Source of the DNA: Eremomyces bilateralis CBS 781.70
Lineage: Eukaryota
Direction: 5' to 3' (one strand)
DNA length: 64,000 nucleotides
Assembly: GCA_010015585.1 (NCBI GenBank)
Contig: ML975152.1
Positions 12,245 to 27,567 of the stretch are shown in pieces (within the stretch, counting starts at the first letter, position 1; each line of letters begins with the position of its first letter). Position numbers and translations under genes: made by a program. Under the pieces are notes generated by a model. The model made no database searches, was not told the DNA's origin, and saw only the letters and a program-made list of their open reading frames with translations.

Positions 12245-12867
12245 ATTGAGTTGAAAGGTAAGGTATTAAGTCCAAGAGAAAATGAACCCGTTGAGGTTGC
12301 TCCAGTTGCCTTTCTGTGAGGGGGCTGATTGGCTTTTGTAGCCTTTATAGCGTATGCAGGTAGTTGACCGCTATATAGGGGAGAAATTAGCTGAGTGCGA
12401 GTGGCTGCAATTGGAACGGTCGTGAAGAATGGGTGTCAGAGACTGCTTCATTCCAGATTCCAAGGTGTGTGGTTAAGCGATTGCGTCAATTGAGGTAGAT
12501 ATTGACATCTATAAGTATTTATTTCTACAATGCAGAAATATTGAAACTCGAAAGATCGCCAGTCGCCACGAAGATCCAAGATGTCGCTGCTGGTCGGGTA
12601 CTCTAGTTGGATCAATCAATCAAGGGACCATGCAGGGTTGGGGAAGAAGGTGCGACCGGGGTCTGGGTGGGGTTTTCTGCAGGGGTTCGCGCCTTCCCTG
12701 TCGTCGCGTCTTGCGAGGTGCGACTTCCTATTCTTCACGCTCCCGCCGCACCGCGTTGTCTGAGAGAATCCCGTAGCGACGTCTAAACACCGAAACGATC
12801 GAAACGACCAACAGAGCAGGTCCTCCACACCAGTTCCTCTAGTTTGGATATCCGAATATCTACAATC

Positions 12868-14949
12868 ATGGACGACCATAAGCAAGCTCTCAATGAGCTG
12901 TTTGCTTCCCCCGATACCGAGTTGTCCCCCGAGTTATACGGTGAATTGCAGTCGATCGTGCGCCTCTACTCCATCTCCCCGCAGGAGCTCTTTTACAAAT
13001 GGGAGTCCTACTGCATCAAGATGGGCTCGGAAGAGACGAAGTTGAGCCTGAAATCCGCTCGGGATTTGAAGAAAGACATCCAGGATGCGTTGGAGAGGGA
13101 GAGTCGCGGCAAGGCGCATCCGAAAATGAATGAGAGACGGACAATCGGGGCAACGCCCAAAGCAGGGAGGCCGGCGGATGATGTTTTTGGAATGTGAGAT
13201 ATCCGTTCAAGTGCACCGGTTCTTAGAAGCTCAATTTGTCCTTAGGATCGACGGTTTGAATTTCAACACTCCTCGTCCCGGACCGGTATCCGCCGCGAAG
13301 AGAAAGTCCAACTTCGATACCCCCACTCCCAAATCGACCAAGAGTACTCGAAACTCTTCCCCCGGCGCTGGGGGACACGTGCAATTCCATGATCGTCCCA
13401 ACGCCGGCGTGGTCGTCGAGACCTTAAACCAGACGATCGACGTCCCCAGCGTCCCAGAGCAACCACCGGCAACCGCCCGAATAAAGCTGAAGGCCAACAC
13501 GGAGATGAGCAAGTTCGGGTACAAAACCATGGCGATGAAACTGACGGAGGCGTCGGAGATCCTGGACGATCGAATCGATGAGTTCATGAGCATCGTGCAG
13601 ATGCATCATCAGCTGGACGACAGCGCGTTTGGAAGCCCCGTAACGCAGAGCACCAGTGAGGTTGTTGCGGTGGGCCGGATTGCGTCCGATGCGGGGGAAG
13701 GGCGGCTGGTGCCTGCGTCGCTAGTTCTGGAAACCTCCCGTCGGACCGGCGCAGGGCTCCGAGTGCCGTTACGAGTAGATTCATTGCCTGGATATCATTT
13801 CTTCCCTGGAAAGATTGTGGCTCTCAAGGGGACTAATGCGTCTGGAGACTTCTTCCAAGTGTCCGAGGTCCTGGATACTCCCCTTCTCCCCCCTCCCGCA
13901 TCGCTCCCCGAAGAACTAGATGTTCATAACCAGCGACTCGCGGGTTCTGAGGGCAGGGACGGCGGACATAGTACACGGCCCCTGACCATCCTGGTCGCCT
14001 CGGGACCATATACGACGCAAGATCGGCTTGATTTCTCCGCATTTGACGCGCTCATGGATGTCGCTCGCGAAACCATGGCCGACTCGATCATCTTGGCGGG
14101 ACCGTTCATCGACACCGATCACCCCTTGATACGGAGTGGCGATTTCGATCTTCCCTCTGAGATCCCAGTGTCGCCGGACCAAGCCACTCTTACCGACCTA
14201 TTCCGACATTATATCTCGCGGCCGCTATGGGAGTTGACCAAAGCCAATCCATCGGTTAGCATTCTCCTCTGCCCGTCAGTGCGCGACGCCATCTCCAAAC
14301 ACGTGGCGTGGCCGCAAGACCGCCTCCCAAAGAAAGAATTCGGCCTGCCGAAGCAAGCATCGGTTGTCACGAACCCGGTCACGCTGAGTATGAACGAGGC
14401 GGTCATCGGGATCAGTACGCAGGATGTGCTTGACGCGCTTCGCATGTCGGAGTGCGTGGGAGGGAAAGCGAAGCAGGAGAATATATTCGCGAGGCTGTCT
14501 AGGCAGATCATTGAACAACGGCATTTCTTCCCGATCGTGCCGCCACCAGGTGCCTACGACTCGGGCTCTGGAGGAGTGTCTGGCGATGGGATGGAGGACG
14601 TGCAGTTCCAAGATGTCAGCGCAATGCTTGATGTGCCATACCTAAAGTTGGGCGAGTGGTTGAATGTCCGGCCCGATATTCTAGTCACACCATCGGTTCT
14701 GACTCCGTTTTCAAAGGTACGCATGGGCAAAGTCAAATCAATCTACGAGGTCCCTAGCTAACTGGTTCGTAGGTCATTGAATCCGTGCTCGTGGTCAACC
14801 CGGGAAATTTGTCCAAGCAAAAGGGGCCGGGGACGTATGCGCGGATGACCGTGGTACCTGCAGCGGTCACGGACAGGGATCGCGAAGAGGGTGAGGTTAT
14901 GGGTCACAGGCTATATGAGCGAGCTCGCGTGGATATCGTTCGGATCTGA
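12868..14949 (+). CDS. POL12: DNA polymerase alpha/primase B subunit; 3 exons
   Basis: ELFYKWESYCIKM N-terminal domain, VVAVGRIASD, FFPGKIVALKG, ILVASGPYT, ILAGPFID, VLVVNPGNLSK; ends RVDIVRI* at 14949. Confidence 0.93.
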
Positions 14950-15264
14950 TGGTGCTGAAACACTGTATTTAGCACCCTCGATGCTGGCGATTCGACTCGT
15001 TTCCTAGAAGATTGGTCCAATCCCGCAGTTCCGTTTCTGACGAAGGCACACGTGATGAATGAAACGGCGTTAATAGCGAAGACGATTTTGCAATCTCTGA
15101 ATTCCACCCGAAGGGCGTCCGAAGTTTTTCGACCTTGATAATCATAACCGTCCCAGTGACTCCGAATGCTACTGATAAAGCGATGCCGGCGGCGTGCTAT
15201 GTCCCTCCCATTTTCGTCGCGCTCTCAACTTCCCCTCCCTCACGCTCCATCGTCGACAGGTGGT

Positions 15265-15574
15265 TCATCGGTGCTGCGATCGTCAGATGGGAAATGTTGG
15301 AGCAGGCCGTGGTGGAAATTCGTACCTTGGTGAAGCCGATGTCAGCGGCTTTCTCGCGGAAGCACTGACGGCAGAGCTCGAGGCCGTATTTTCGGATCAG
15401 ACCGGCCTTGTGGGTGCAGACACGGCTACATCCACCATCAAGTCAGCGCAGTTCTTCCCAGCCAGGTATGTGTGTCGTCGCCCATCCGTAGACGTCTCGA
15501 GGCAAAACTCACCATTCGCGGGAGCCCTTGCCGTAGGTGCGCGGGCGGGAGAACCAGACGGATTCGTGAGACAT
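15265..15574 (-). CDS. RPS29: 40S ribosomal protein S29 (uS14); 3 exons
   Basis: [20 protein letters not shown](C)[35 protein letters not shown]. Exons 15574-15513, 15425-15326, 15273-15265. Confidence 0.95.
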
Positions 15575-15933
15575 CTTGATAATTGATGACGGAGGTGGTG
15601 AGGAAGACGTTTGTCGTTTGGAATCGGGTCGTGGATGCTGGGTGGTGGATGTCGGGGTGTGATGTTGAAAATGCGATTTGGCGAGGTGAAGTGCCAAGCC
15701 TTCAAGCGAGAGGGATTGGTCACGTGGAGGCGCGAAGTGGACCCACTTTTCGCCAACCCAACGAAGGGTCCGTAAACACCGCAGCCAAGTCACCAAATAG
15801 AACAACATGAACTAAAGTAACGATACAAAGCACGTAGTTCATACCATTAGAGCCTGGTCAACTGGATATCACACTTCACACAGTGTCTATCAAATCGTCT
15901 GTTTAGGACTCAATCCGTTCCCGATTCATAAAC

Positions 15934-16298
15934 ATGGTGAGCAAGCTTGTACAACACCTATCTGTAGATCCAACCCACTAACCCCTCACCAGAGCAAAGA
16001 CGCCTCCTACAACTTCCTCCACCTCCACGCCTCCCACCACGCCGACCTCCTCGAAGAATTCAACCGCACCCTCCTCCAGCCCGACGACATCTTCGTCCCC
16101 TCCCATCTCCAACCACTGAACCCGGAGGACGAAGACGACGTCGTACCGGACCAGCACGCGGCGTTCGGGATCACGCGCGCCACCCAGACAGTGAAGGAGC
16201 CGGTGTGGCGCGACCTAGGGCTGGAGGAGCTGCTGAAGAGGAAGCCAGAGGGGACGGAGGATCTGGGGAAGAAGCTGAAGGCGGTCACGATTCGGTGA
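15934..16298 (+). CDS. APC13: Anaphase-promoting complex subunit 13 (Swm1/Apc13-like); exon 1 is only the ATG
   Basis: ATG 15934 then GTGAGC...CTAAC...CAG intron (15937-15992). Exon 2 reads SKDASYNFLHL...DDIFVP...EDEDDVVPDQHAAFGI...EPVWRDLGLEELL. Confidence 0.8.
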
Positions 16299-16365
16299 AC
16301 GCGGCGTCGGGAGTTGATGACGTCCATTCGGAGTGTTCCACGATATCCATCTCTATTGCTTTAGG

Positions 16366-17969
16366 TCAAGGCGTGGCGTCTGGTTTTTGATTCGACGGAT
16401 ACGAATCATTCAACGTATTCCTCCGGCTCCGACTCGGGTCCCGTTTGCCGATCGTCGCCTCCAGCGCCTGCGTCAACCCTTTCCCATCGTACCCCAGTCC
16501 CTTCCCATTACTCATCTTCCGTCCGTACAACCGGATGGTCTCAATCCCCAGGCGGGAGAGTTCGTCTTTGTCGACCTTAGGTGCCCCGTCTCCGTCTAAA
16601 TGGATCAGATGCGTCACATATAACCTGTACTCGTGGGGGTCCGGCGGTTGATGTTGGCCGCGACTCGTTGCTGCGGCGCGGGCGATTGCGGCGATGAAAT
16701 CCACGGCTGTATACGGGTTGTTCGACGGTCCGGTCTCCCGATCGATCGTACCATTGAGAATGAGCACCTTGTTGCGGATGGCCGGGGACGCGAGCCGCTC
16801 TCCCACACCGCGAAGGATCAACGATGGGATGATGGAGGTATACAGCGAGCCGATGCTGAAGATCACGGCCGACGCGTCGTCCAGCGCCGCAACCACCTTG
16901 GGGTTCGCGAGGAGGCCGATCTCCTGGCCGTAGGGGTTGATGTACCAGATCCGGTCGATGCGCGACGGCAGATCTTCTTCGTGGTGTTTGGAGAAGGAGA
17001 TGTACTGTTTGCGCAAGGTGGGGAGCGTCCCCGGGAGATTGGCATCTTCGATCGAATCATGGGCATTCGTCTCCGCGTCGATGTTCGCGTGGGGGTTTAA
17101 TGAGGTTGGCTCACTCGGGTGGGAGATTGCATTTTGCCCGACGATGGACGTTCCATCGGTCAAACCCGCAGCGATATGATGTGCGAAGTTAGTGTTGATA
17201 GCCGGCAATACGGACACATGGTGTGGGACCCGGCAGATATTGCTCAGGAGGTATATAGCGCTTTCAAAGCTCCCTGTGAAGAGTCGCGCACTATGATACG
17301 TGAACGTTAGTAGACGCCCACATGCCCAACCCGGAGGTCCTACCCAGTCAAAAACAAGTTCCCAATGCTCGCCGCCGAGAAGTTAAAGGTCGACGACGGC
17401 CGGATTCGCTTCACGATCTCCTGGTTGACGTGGTTCAAGATAGAACGGATGAGCTCCTTCTTTTCGGACGGAATATGACTCCACAGGGGGCTTCGCGCTT
17501 CCACGATCTCGAGCCACTCGTGCCGTGCCTTGTCCGGGTCGGGTGCCAGCCGATGGTTAAAGAAGTTGTGGAGGGCGGTCCGCTCGGAGTTCACGTCGTC
17601 GTCTTCGGGGATGAGGCGGACCAAGCGGCCTGTTCAACATCAGCTCTCCCGTGCTCTTACTTCCAGATACTTCATATACTTCTCACGTCACCGATCCCTA
17701 TTAGCGATATAGTCAGAAACATGCTTTCGATTCGGTAAAGGGGACGTACCCGGTCCTCCCACGACTCTGATCAGTTCGGACGAACTTCCCCCGTTATCAC
17801 TGATGGGGATGACATAACTCAGGTTACATTTTCGGCTCTCAACAAGCGTCGAGAACACGTCGACGAGATTGTTGGCGGCGCTGCCACCGGAGAAAACCAC
17901 GATCCCCTTCCGATTGCGCGAGCCGTTCTGGAGCAGGAGAGCTGGGAGGGGTTGGAGGTGGTCATCCAT
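16366..17969 (-). CDS. UPF0052/CofD-like protein (yeast YNL011C-like); multi-exon
   Basis: IVVFSGGSAANNL, YVIPISDNGGSSSELIRVVGGPG, FNFSAASIGNLFLTG, IVGQNAISHPS, IWYINPYGQEI, SIGSLYTSIIPSLILRGVG. Confidence 0.88.
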
Positions 17970-18492
17970 CGCTTTACACAGATCAAGAAGATGGCGTTTT
18001 TGACTTCATCAGCACGATCCAAGATTATTTAAGTGGTGCCAGATCTGAACACGTTTCTTGAGTTGGAATTGATGTAAAGTTGCTTTCATATCCGTACTAT
18101 TTGTTGGCTCGGGATCTAGACAGCACGAGGCAATTCCGCATTTAGTGTACACAGCGCAAGCTACGTCTGCAAAGATAGCTGTAGTATTCGAGGACCTGCC
18201 TTTTATGTGACCCATCCTAAGCATCTAAGCGTAGGGCGAATATTCAAAACTTGATCCGGATATTGGCTCATGTTACGCTACTTCTTGTCACAATACAATT
18301 TCTCCAATGGTTGGTTGTAAAACGTTGATGATTCATTTCCCCTTACGCCAACTCATGATGGATACAACACTGAGCTCGAGCTCTTCATCGCGTGATGGCT
18401 GCTCAGCGCTTGATTTACAGAATGCCGCAGATCTTTGATGCAGCAGAGCTTAGATTTCGACCGACCACTCCGACGACTCGTCAGATGCCCAG

Positions 18493-18840
18493 TCATTCGC
18501 CCCCTGCCGCGGCCTTCTCGCGCGCCTCCAGCGCGGCGACCCGCTTCCTCTTCTCTATTAACCGCTCCTTCATGTCGGTCACGTATCTGAACTGTCGCTT
18601 CTCGAAGCCGTCCAGCCAGAACCCGAACCCGCCTCCGACTGCGGCGTAGATCGGGTAGGCGATGATGTGGCTGCGGTCGAACAGGGGACGCATTTGGATG
18701 CCGAGTTGCCATAACCGCACGGCGATGCCTAGTTCGTCCGGTCAGTTAAACGCGCTCGATCGGGGGATTGATGATATGAAGATCAGAGCAGGAATGGGGA
18801 GCGTACCAAAGCCGCCCCAGAATAGGATCTTGTGCACCAT
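18493..18840 (-). CDS. Mitochondrial complex I accessory subunit (fungal 14 kDa / NDUFC2-like); 2 exons
   Basis: MVHKILFWGGFG|IAVRLWQLGIQMRPLF...YPIYAAVGGGFGFWL...LIEKRKR. Confidence 0.8.
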
Positions 18841-19518
18841 ATTGGCGGAGTCGGATGTCGTTTTGATGGATGGAGGGTAGGACGTGGCGGTTGAGAGAAG
18901 GAAGTCGAAATGAGATGGTTCCGTTCTTCCTCCCCTATCTGCTTGGGCCTTGGAAATCAAGCGCTTCGGAAGCAATGGCGCGTGAAGGGAGCGGATCCTT
19001 GATTTTGGCAATGCACTGCAAGGTTCGTGACTTGCTCTGGTGATGATTTGTTCGGGATACTGGCGGTTGGCTGTTGGCTGAGGGAGTCCGTGCGTCGATG
19101 GTCGCTGCAGCACAGCAGCAGTGCAGCTAACCTTGGATCATCCCAAGCTCTCTCTCCAAAATTCAATCACGTCCCCATCAAAGTTAATATCACCAAGTTG
19201 TTTCCTCAAGAACGCATTTGAACCTTGATTTCAGATTAAAAGTCGAGCTTTCTTTCTCCAAGTCCTAGTTCATTTCTGGTCTTGATCTAGTCGACACACA
19301 TGATAGCTTCGTTCCACGTCATTGAATTCCCTAGATATATAATCTCTTTATGGTTCTCATGAATTTAGAATCTCGGATTGGGAAAACCCAAGGTGTCTAA
19401 GAAAGATTGCGCACATGTGCAGATGCAGACTGATCTATAGGGCGTCTTAAACGCAAACCCCCTGTTTGAACCAAGGCTACCTAGTGTGGAATCGGCCTCG
19501 AGTCATATCCCTTTGATA

Positions 19519-20727
19519 TCATGTTGTAATCGCAGTCATACCATCATTGGCAGGTTCAAGGAGCTTCCATTCACATGTTATACCTTGTTGTTTGAAGTCG
19601 TTCAGAATGTGGTCCGCAATTGATTCGAAGTTCCCGGTTGCAAGTGCAAGGACTATCTGAGTTAGAGACAGCTTGTGAAGTTCATTTGGAGATGGGACTA
19701 ACTTGTTGGACCCGCTCCAGACAGGCAGATACCCAGAAGGCCAGGGTGGCTCTTAGGGGTCATTGACAGAAGGATCTCAGTCAAGCCAGGTATGAGCCCT
19801 TTGCGGTAGGGTTGATGGACTACACCCGTCAGTACAACATGGCCGGACGGAGCATAATATATACCTTTATCCTGCATTGCCTCAAAGATCATGTCTGGAT
19901 CCGGCGGAGTCTCTCCCAGGGCCGTGGCGAGAAGGGCTATTCTCTGCATGTTAAACACCACATCTGCTCGTGGATAATGCGTCGGAAGAACCTCTCGAGC
20001 TTTGTGGGTGGCCACCTCGAAGTCGGGGATTATGACGATGCACTTGATCTCCTTGGCCCAGCGGAATCGTATATAATGCCCGATGTTGAGGGGTGGCTCT
20101 GGCGGTTTCAATCCCGTATCCACCCCCCCCGCCGGTTCAGGAAGGACTTCGCTCAGCGGGATCTCTTTCCTGGACGCTTGCTCGGGATCCAGCTCATTGA
20201 GATAGGTTCCGATGAATCCGCCATAAAGTGCTGCAGCAACATTGTCCGGATGCCGCTCAATCATCAGGCAATAGTCTAGCATGCGAGCTTTGGATAGACC
20301 CAGCTTGCCGACTTCATTGCCAAGAGACACGCCAGCTACCACGGCGGCACCTGAGGACCCAAGACCACGGCCCAGGGGGATATTGTTAATGATATTGACA
20401 TGAGTGCCCTTGGGGAACTGGCGCTGGTTATGGCATTTCAAAACATAAAGCGCCGTTCTTGTGATCAGGTTGACTTCAGGATCAAGGCTCACTTCCTCAG
20501 CCCCCAGTCCTTCGCATGAAACAGTGCAGTTGAGTGGATTTTGATCCGTCGAGTCGAATGTGACCGTCAACTCGAGGAATAGAGACAATGCTAGACCAAT
20601 CTATGTAAATTTAGCTATACAATAAAATCATGTGGAGTGCATTGGATTATGCATCGTTGGACTGACTCACCACATCAAATCCAGGTCCGATATTCGCAGA
20701 CGAGCTTGGCACTTTAATGGTGATCAT
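19519..20727 (-). CDS. THR1: Homoserine kinase; 4 exons
   Basis: MITIKVPSSSANIGPGFDV, GHMP motif IPLGRGLGSSGAAVVAG, ERHPDN, QDKVHQPYR, GICLSGAGPT; stop at 19519-19521. Confidence 0.95.
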
Positions 20728-21048
20728 CCTGCCACGGATATGAATGATTATCCACAAGAATAAGTACCACAGTAGCACCTGTACGGATGAGACGGATTCA
20801 CACAGATTGTGATAAAATGTGTCTCTTGGAATCCAATGGGAAATTCATATCCTCTCCATATTACGGCGGGTTGCGGTAACACCAAAAAATGAGCGTCGGT
20901 ACATTGTCGGTAGAACTTACTTTATCTATTCTTTGGCCAATCACATTCGATTCCTGACAACCTCACTTCCAACCCCAACGCGTCCAAGGGACTGACAGAT
21001 TACACCCATTTGAGCCATCGACTTCGCACCAGCAGTTGGTCTGGAATT

Positions 21049-23300
21049 ATGGCGACCGCAATGGAGAGTCCCGTGAAAAGGAAATATACCGGCGGCTCCA
21101 GCGATGGTCTCCCTCCAGATCGGAAACGGTTGCGCCTCTCCGACCTTCCCATTTCTCCAGCGAAGAGAGAGGTTTTGGACGGCCTGGTCAACACGTTCAA
21201 AAAGCAGGGAGAATTCGACGTCATCCGCAAGCATGTCTACAAGCAATTCGAAACTTCGGTATGGTACATAGTCACAGCTGAAGGAAGTCTGCTCACGTCC
21301 ACTAGCCGGCCAAACATCAGTTAACCACCGCCCTCATCCTGCTCGCCGAAGGGGAAATCGACCGCCACCCGGACCTCTTATCGAAAGATCGACGCATCTC
21401 CAGTGCCCTGATCGAAGGCGCCGCAGAACGCAATGACATCTACAAGGAAGCCCTGTCCACCATCGACGGCTACATCGGCCAGTTCCTCACCGATGCCGAA
21501 TCGAAACTCCGCGCCGTCCGCGCTACAGAGATCGGCTCGACCGCTGCAGACGATGAGCGCGAGCGAGGCAGCAAAACTGATGACCAATACGCCCAGGAAA
21601 GTGACGAGCGCCGAGCCGCGCTGTTGCAGAAGCTGGAGGCGCAGCGCGAGAAAGAACGGGAGCGCGAACGCGAGGAGAAGAAGATCGCCGCGGAGAAGAA
21701 GCGCCGGCAGCAAGAAGCGGAGGAGAAGCGCGAGCGCGAGCGGCAGGAGATGGAGGAGAAGCGGCGGCTGGAGCGGGAGGCGGAGAGGGAGAGGGAGCGG
21801 GAGGAGTTTGAGCGGGGGCGCGAGGAGCGGAGGCGGCTGAGGGAGGAGCGCGCGCGGGAATACGAGCGGCAGAGGGAACGCGATCGGTCGCTCTCGAGGA
21901 ATCGGTCGCGGGATAGGCGTCGCTCCCGGGACAGAGACCGAGATCGATCCCGAGACCGAGATCGGCATCGCGCGGGCAGTGCATACGCCGACAGACGGGA
22001 CTATACGGACCGAGACAGTCGAAAGGGAAGTGTGCAGATTACGGTCACCAGAACAGAAGACAAGCCATCGGCGCCGCCCGTGAGCGAGAAGGATTTGGAA
22101 GAAGCTGCGTTAGCGCAACTCCTGAAAGAGGGACAACAACTAGCGAAATCTAGGCAACGGCCTGAACTCGAGCGATCGGAGGATCTCGCTCCCCCACTAC
22201 GACGGTCGATGGCACCCAAGTCCATCATTCCTCGCGATCCCCTGGCCACTCGGCTCGCGAAATTGGAACGGCTTCCCGTCAAGGAAAAGAGCCGGGAATC
22301 GTCGGAAACACCGCTGAAAACGCCGGTCGATGCAAAGGCTACAGAAGACAAGGTCGTCAAGGTCGAGATATCCAAAACCGAGTTGTCGGTGCCAAAGCCA
22401 GTGCCGGAAGACCGACACCCATCTCGCGACCGCTCTCCGAACCTTACAAAGACCCGAACCCGCTCCCGCTCCCGCTCAAGAGCATCCACCCGCCCTTCCT
22501 ACTCCCATCGCTCTCGACGCGATGACGCCCGCGATGACTCCCGGCGCCCTCGAGACGACGCACCGGACTACAAATCACGCTCCTACCGCAACCACGACGA
22601 CTCCGATGACGACCGACACCGACGCAGCCATCGAAAACGCGCTCGGTCGGAGTCCCGCTCTCCCAGCCCTCCCCGTCGGTACAAGAACGAGCGACAGGCA
22701 CACAGCCGCCGCAGCCGCTCGCCCGGAGAAGAATCCCTTCGGTCGTATCGCGGAAGGGACCGAGACCGAGATCGAGATCGAGACCGCGACCGAGATCGTG
22801 ACTACCTTCGCGACCGACGAGACCGAGAACGCTCCCGATCTCGAGATCGGTATCGAGACAGGAATTCAGAACGATCCCGCTCTCGCGACCGGCGCCGCGA
22901 CCGCGACGAGCGGCCCCGCGAGCGGTCGTATTCCCGGACGTCGCGGCGGAACCGATCGCGGAGCAAGAGCGCGGTGGAGATTGATCGGTACGTGCCGAAT
23001 TCGAGCGCGCGGGCGAAGGAGAAGGATGAGGAGCGGGATGGGGATCGGAGGGGGTATCGGGAGCGGGATAGGGATAGGGACAGGGATCGAGATAGGGATA
23101 GGGACAGGGATCGAGATAGGGATAGGGACAGGGATAGGGATCGGGACAGAGATCGGGATAGAGACCGTGATCGGGATCGAGATCGAGGGTTCGTCGAGAT
23201 TGATCGATATATACCCGGGGGCTCAACGCGGAGTGACCGAGATCGGGAACCTGGGAGAGAGCGGAGAAGGGATCGGACGGGGAGTCCAAGGGATAAGTGA
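21049..23300 (+). CDS. Protein with N-terminal COMPASS Shg1/BOD1-like domain, charged coiled coil and long RS/RD low-complexity tail
   Basis: LVNTFKKQGEFDVIRKHVY resembles the Shg1/BOD1 signature. An intron from ~21259 joins to the frame of ORF 21624-23300. Confidence 0.7.
23065..23186 (+). repeat. Coding hexanucleotide-derived repeat encoding an Arg-Asp dipeptide tract
   Basis: GATAGG/GACAGG/GATCGA units translate as about 20 RD dipeptides. Confidence 0.9.
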
Positions 23301-24083
23301 ATGGGCATGGTACCCGAAATCATTGGCATACAATCACGGGTTCTACTATCAAGTGGTACATTCAAATATGGTTTCTAGCATCAGGCATGAGAGTTGGAGC
23401 GTCAACCGGGTTGCAGTGAATGACTGCTGGTAATTACTACCGCTAGGATATGGAATAGTCTGGTTACCTTGCCATGGCACTTGAAATTTTATTAGTGAAG
23501 GCAATCCGTGGATCAATAACTGCAGTATGCGAGACATGATCAATGAACCATGATATTATCATCGACCGTAGTACCGTTCCCGTATCAATGAACCAGGAGT
23601 TCCAGGACAGGCAGCAGTGGCACGCAATCAATGGAATCGGCGAATCGCAGGGTAAAACGGGTCACATGACCAGCAAGTCTGATTTGTCAGGGGTTCTTCG
23701 GCGTTCGGTGTGATTCGCCCAGGCCAAGAATCAAAGCATGCAGGCGACAAGGCAGCCATTCAGGCCACCACCAGCGTCTTTCTCGTGAAGCTCCACGTCT
23801 TTTGCCATCACAGAGTGAGTAACCACAGCATCGACCACCTCTGCTCTCTCTCTTGTTGTCACTTGTCACTTCATTCATTGATTCCCCCATCCCCAACACA
23901 CTTTTCCTCCTTCATCTTCTTTTCCCTCTCTGCATCTCTCCATAGCTTCCTCTTTGCTTCTGCAAATCCCCGGAATTCCCTTCGTACAGTTCCATTCCAC
24001 ATCCCCAGCTTCCAACCCAAACATCGTCATCAGCTTCATTCCCCCAGCCGCTCGCTCGGAGCTTCGCCTGAAGCTTCATCATC

Positions 24084-26820
<2,737 letters not shown>

Positions 26821-27567
26821 ATTTTCAGGTTACGGCAATAGGGTCCAGGAGGAGCTGGGCGTCCCGTCTAAGTAGCTTGCAGACTTCGCTAGAGGTCGTG
26901 CTCATGATTCGGCTACCCCCGACGCACACCGCATTTGTCTTTTCAACACGATTGATTTTCCCTGGTTGCTTTGTTTCCCTTCCCACTTCCCGCATTCCCC
27001 TGGGTTTCGTTCCTATGGACGCGGAGCTCGATAATGGAGGAACGATGGGGGGTTTTCGCTGAAAAATAGACATGATTAAGATAGTGCAATGCGACGTTGT
27101 GCCGTCTCCGTCGAAGGAGAGGCTTTTCTATATTGGGTTTGGTGATGGGACCTGTAGGCTGATGCCTCGGAGGCGTTGAACATTAGTACATTATTTCCAA
27201 AGCCAGGCATCGTATCATTAGCTGAACTCGATTTACACTACTTTACTCCGTATTCCTGTAATGTAGATATATCCCATCCATGTTTCCGTAATCTGCATGT
27301 GCTGTGGTAATGCCCGTCCTGGGTGTCATGACACCAGCCACCATCGCCACCATCGCCACCCACCGATTTTCGCCGAGCTCCCTTGTCAATTCGCCATCAC
27401 CTCAACTCCGATCCATCGTCTCACCTCGCCAACTTTCAATCCTCTTTTCACCACCACCATTCCCATACCAAACCCCCATCCTCCCTCTCAACCGCGAAGG
27501 AACTCCATCCCTCGCCAATTGACCTCTTTTCCCTACCCCATCCCGACCCAAACACACCACATTCACA

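Noticed and set aside
22330..23433. Long alternative-frame and antisense ORFs (GI-, PY-, SL-repeat peptides)
   Set aside because: By-products of the RD/RS coding repeat.
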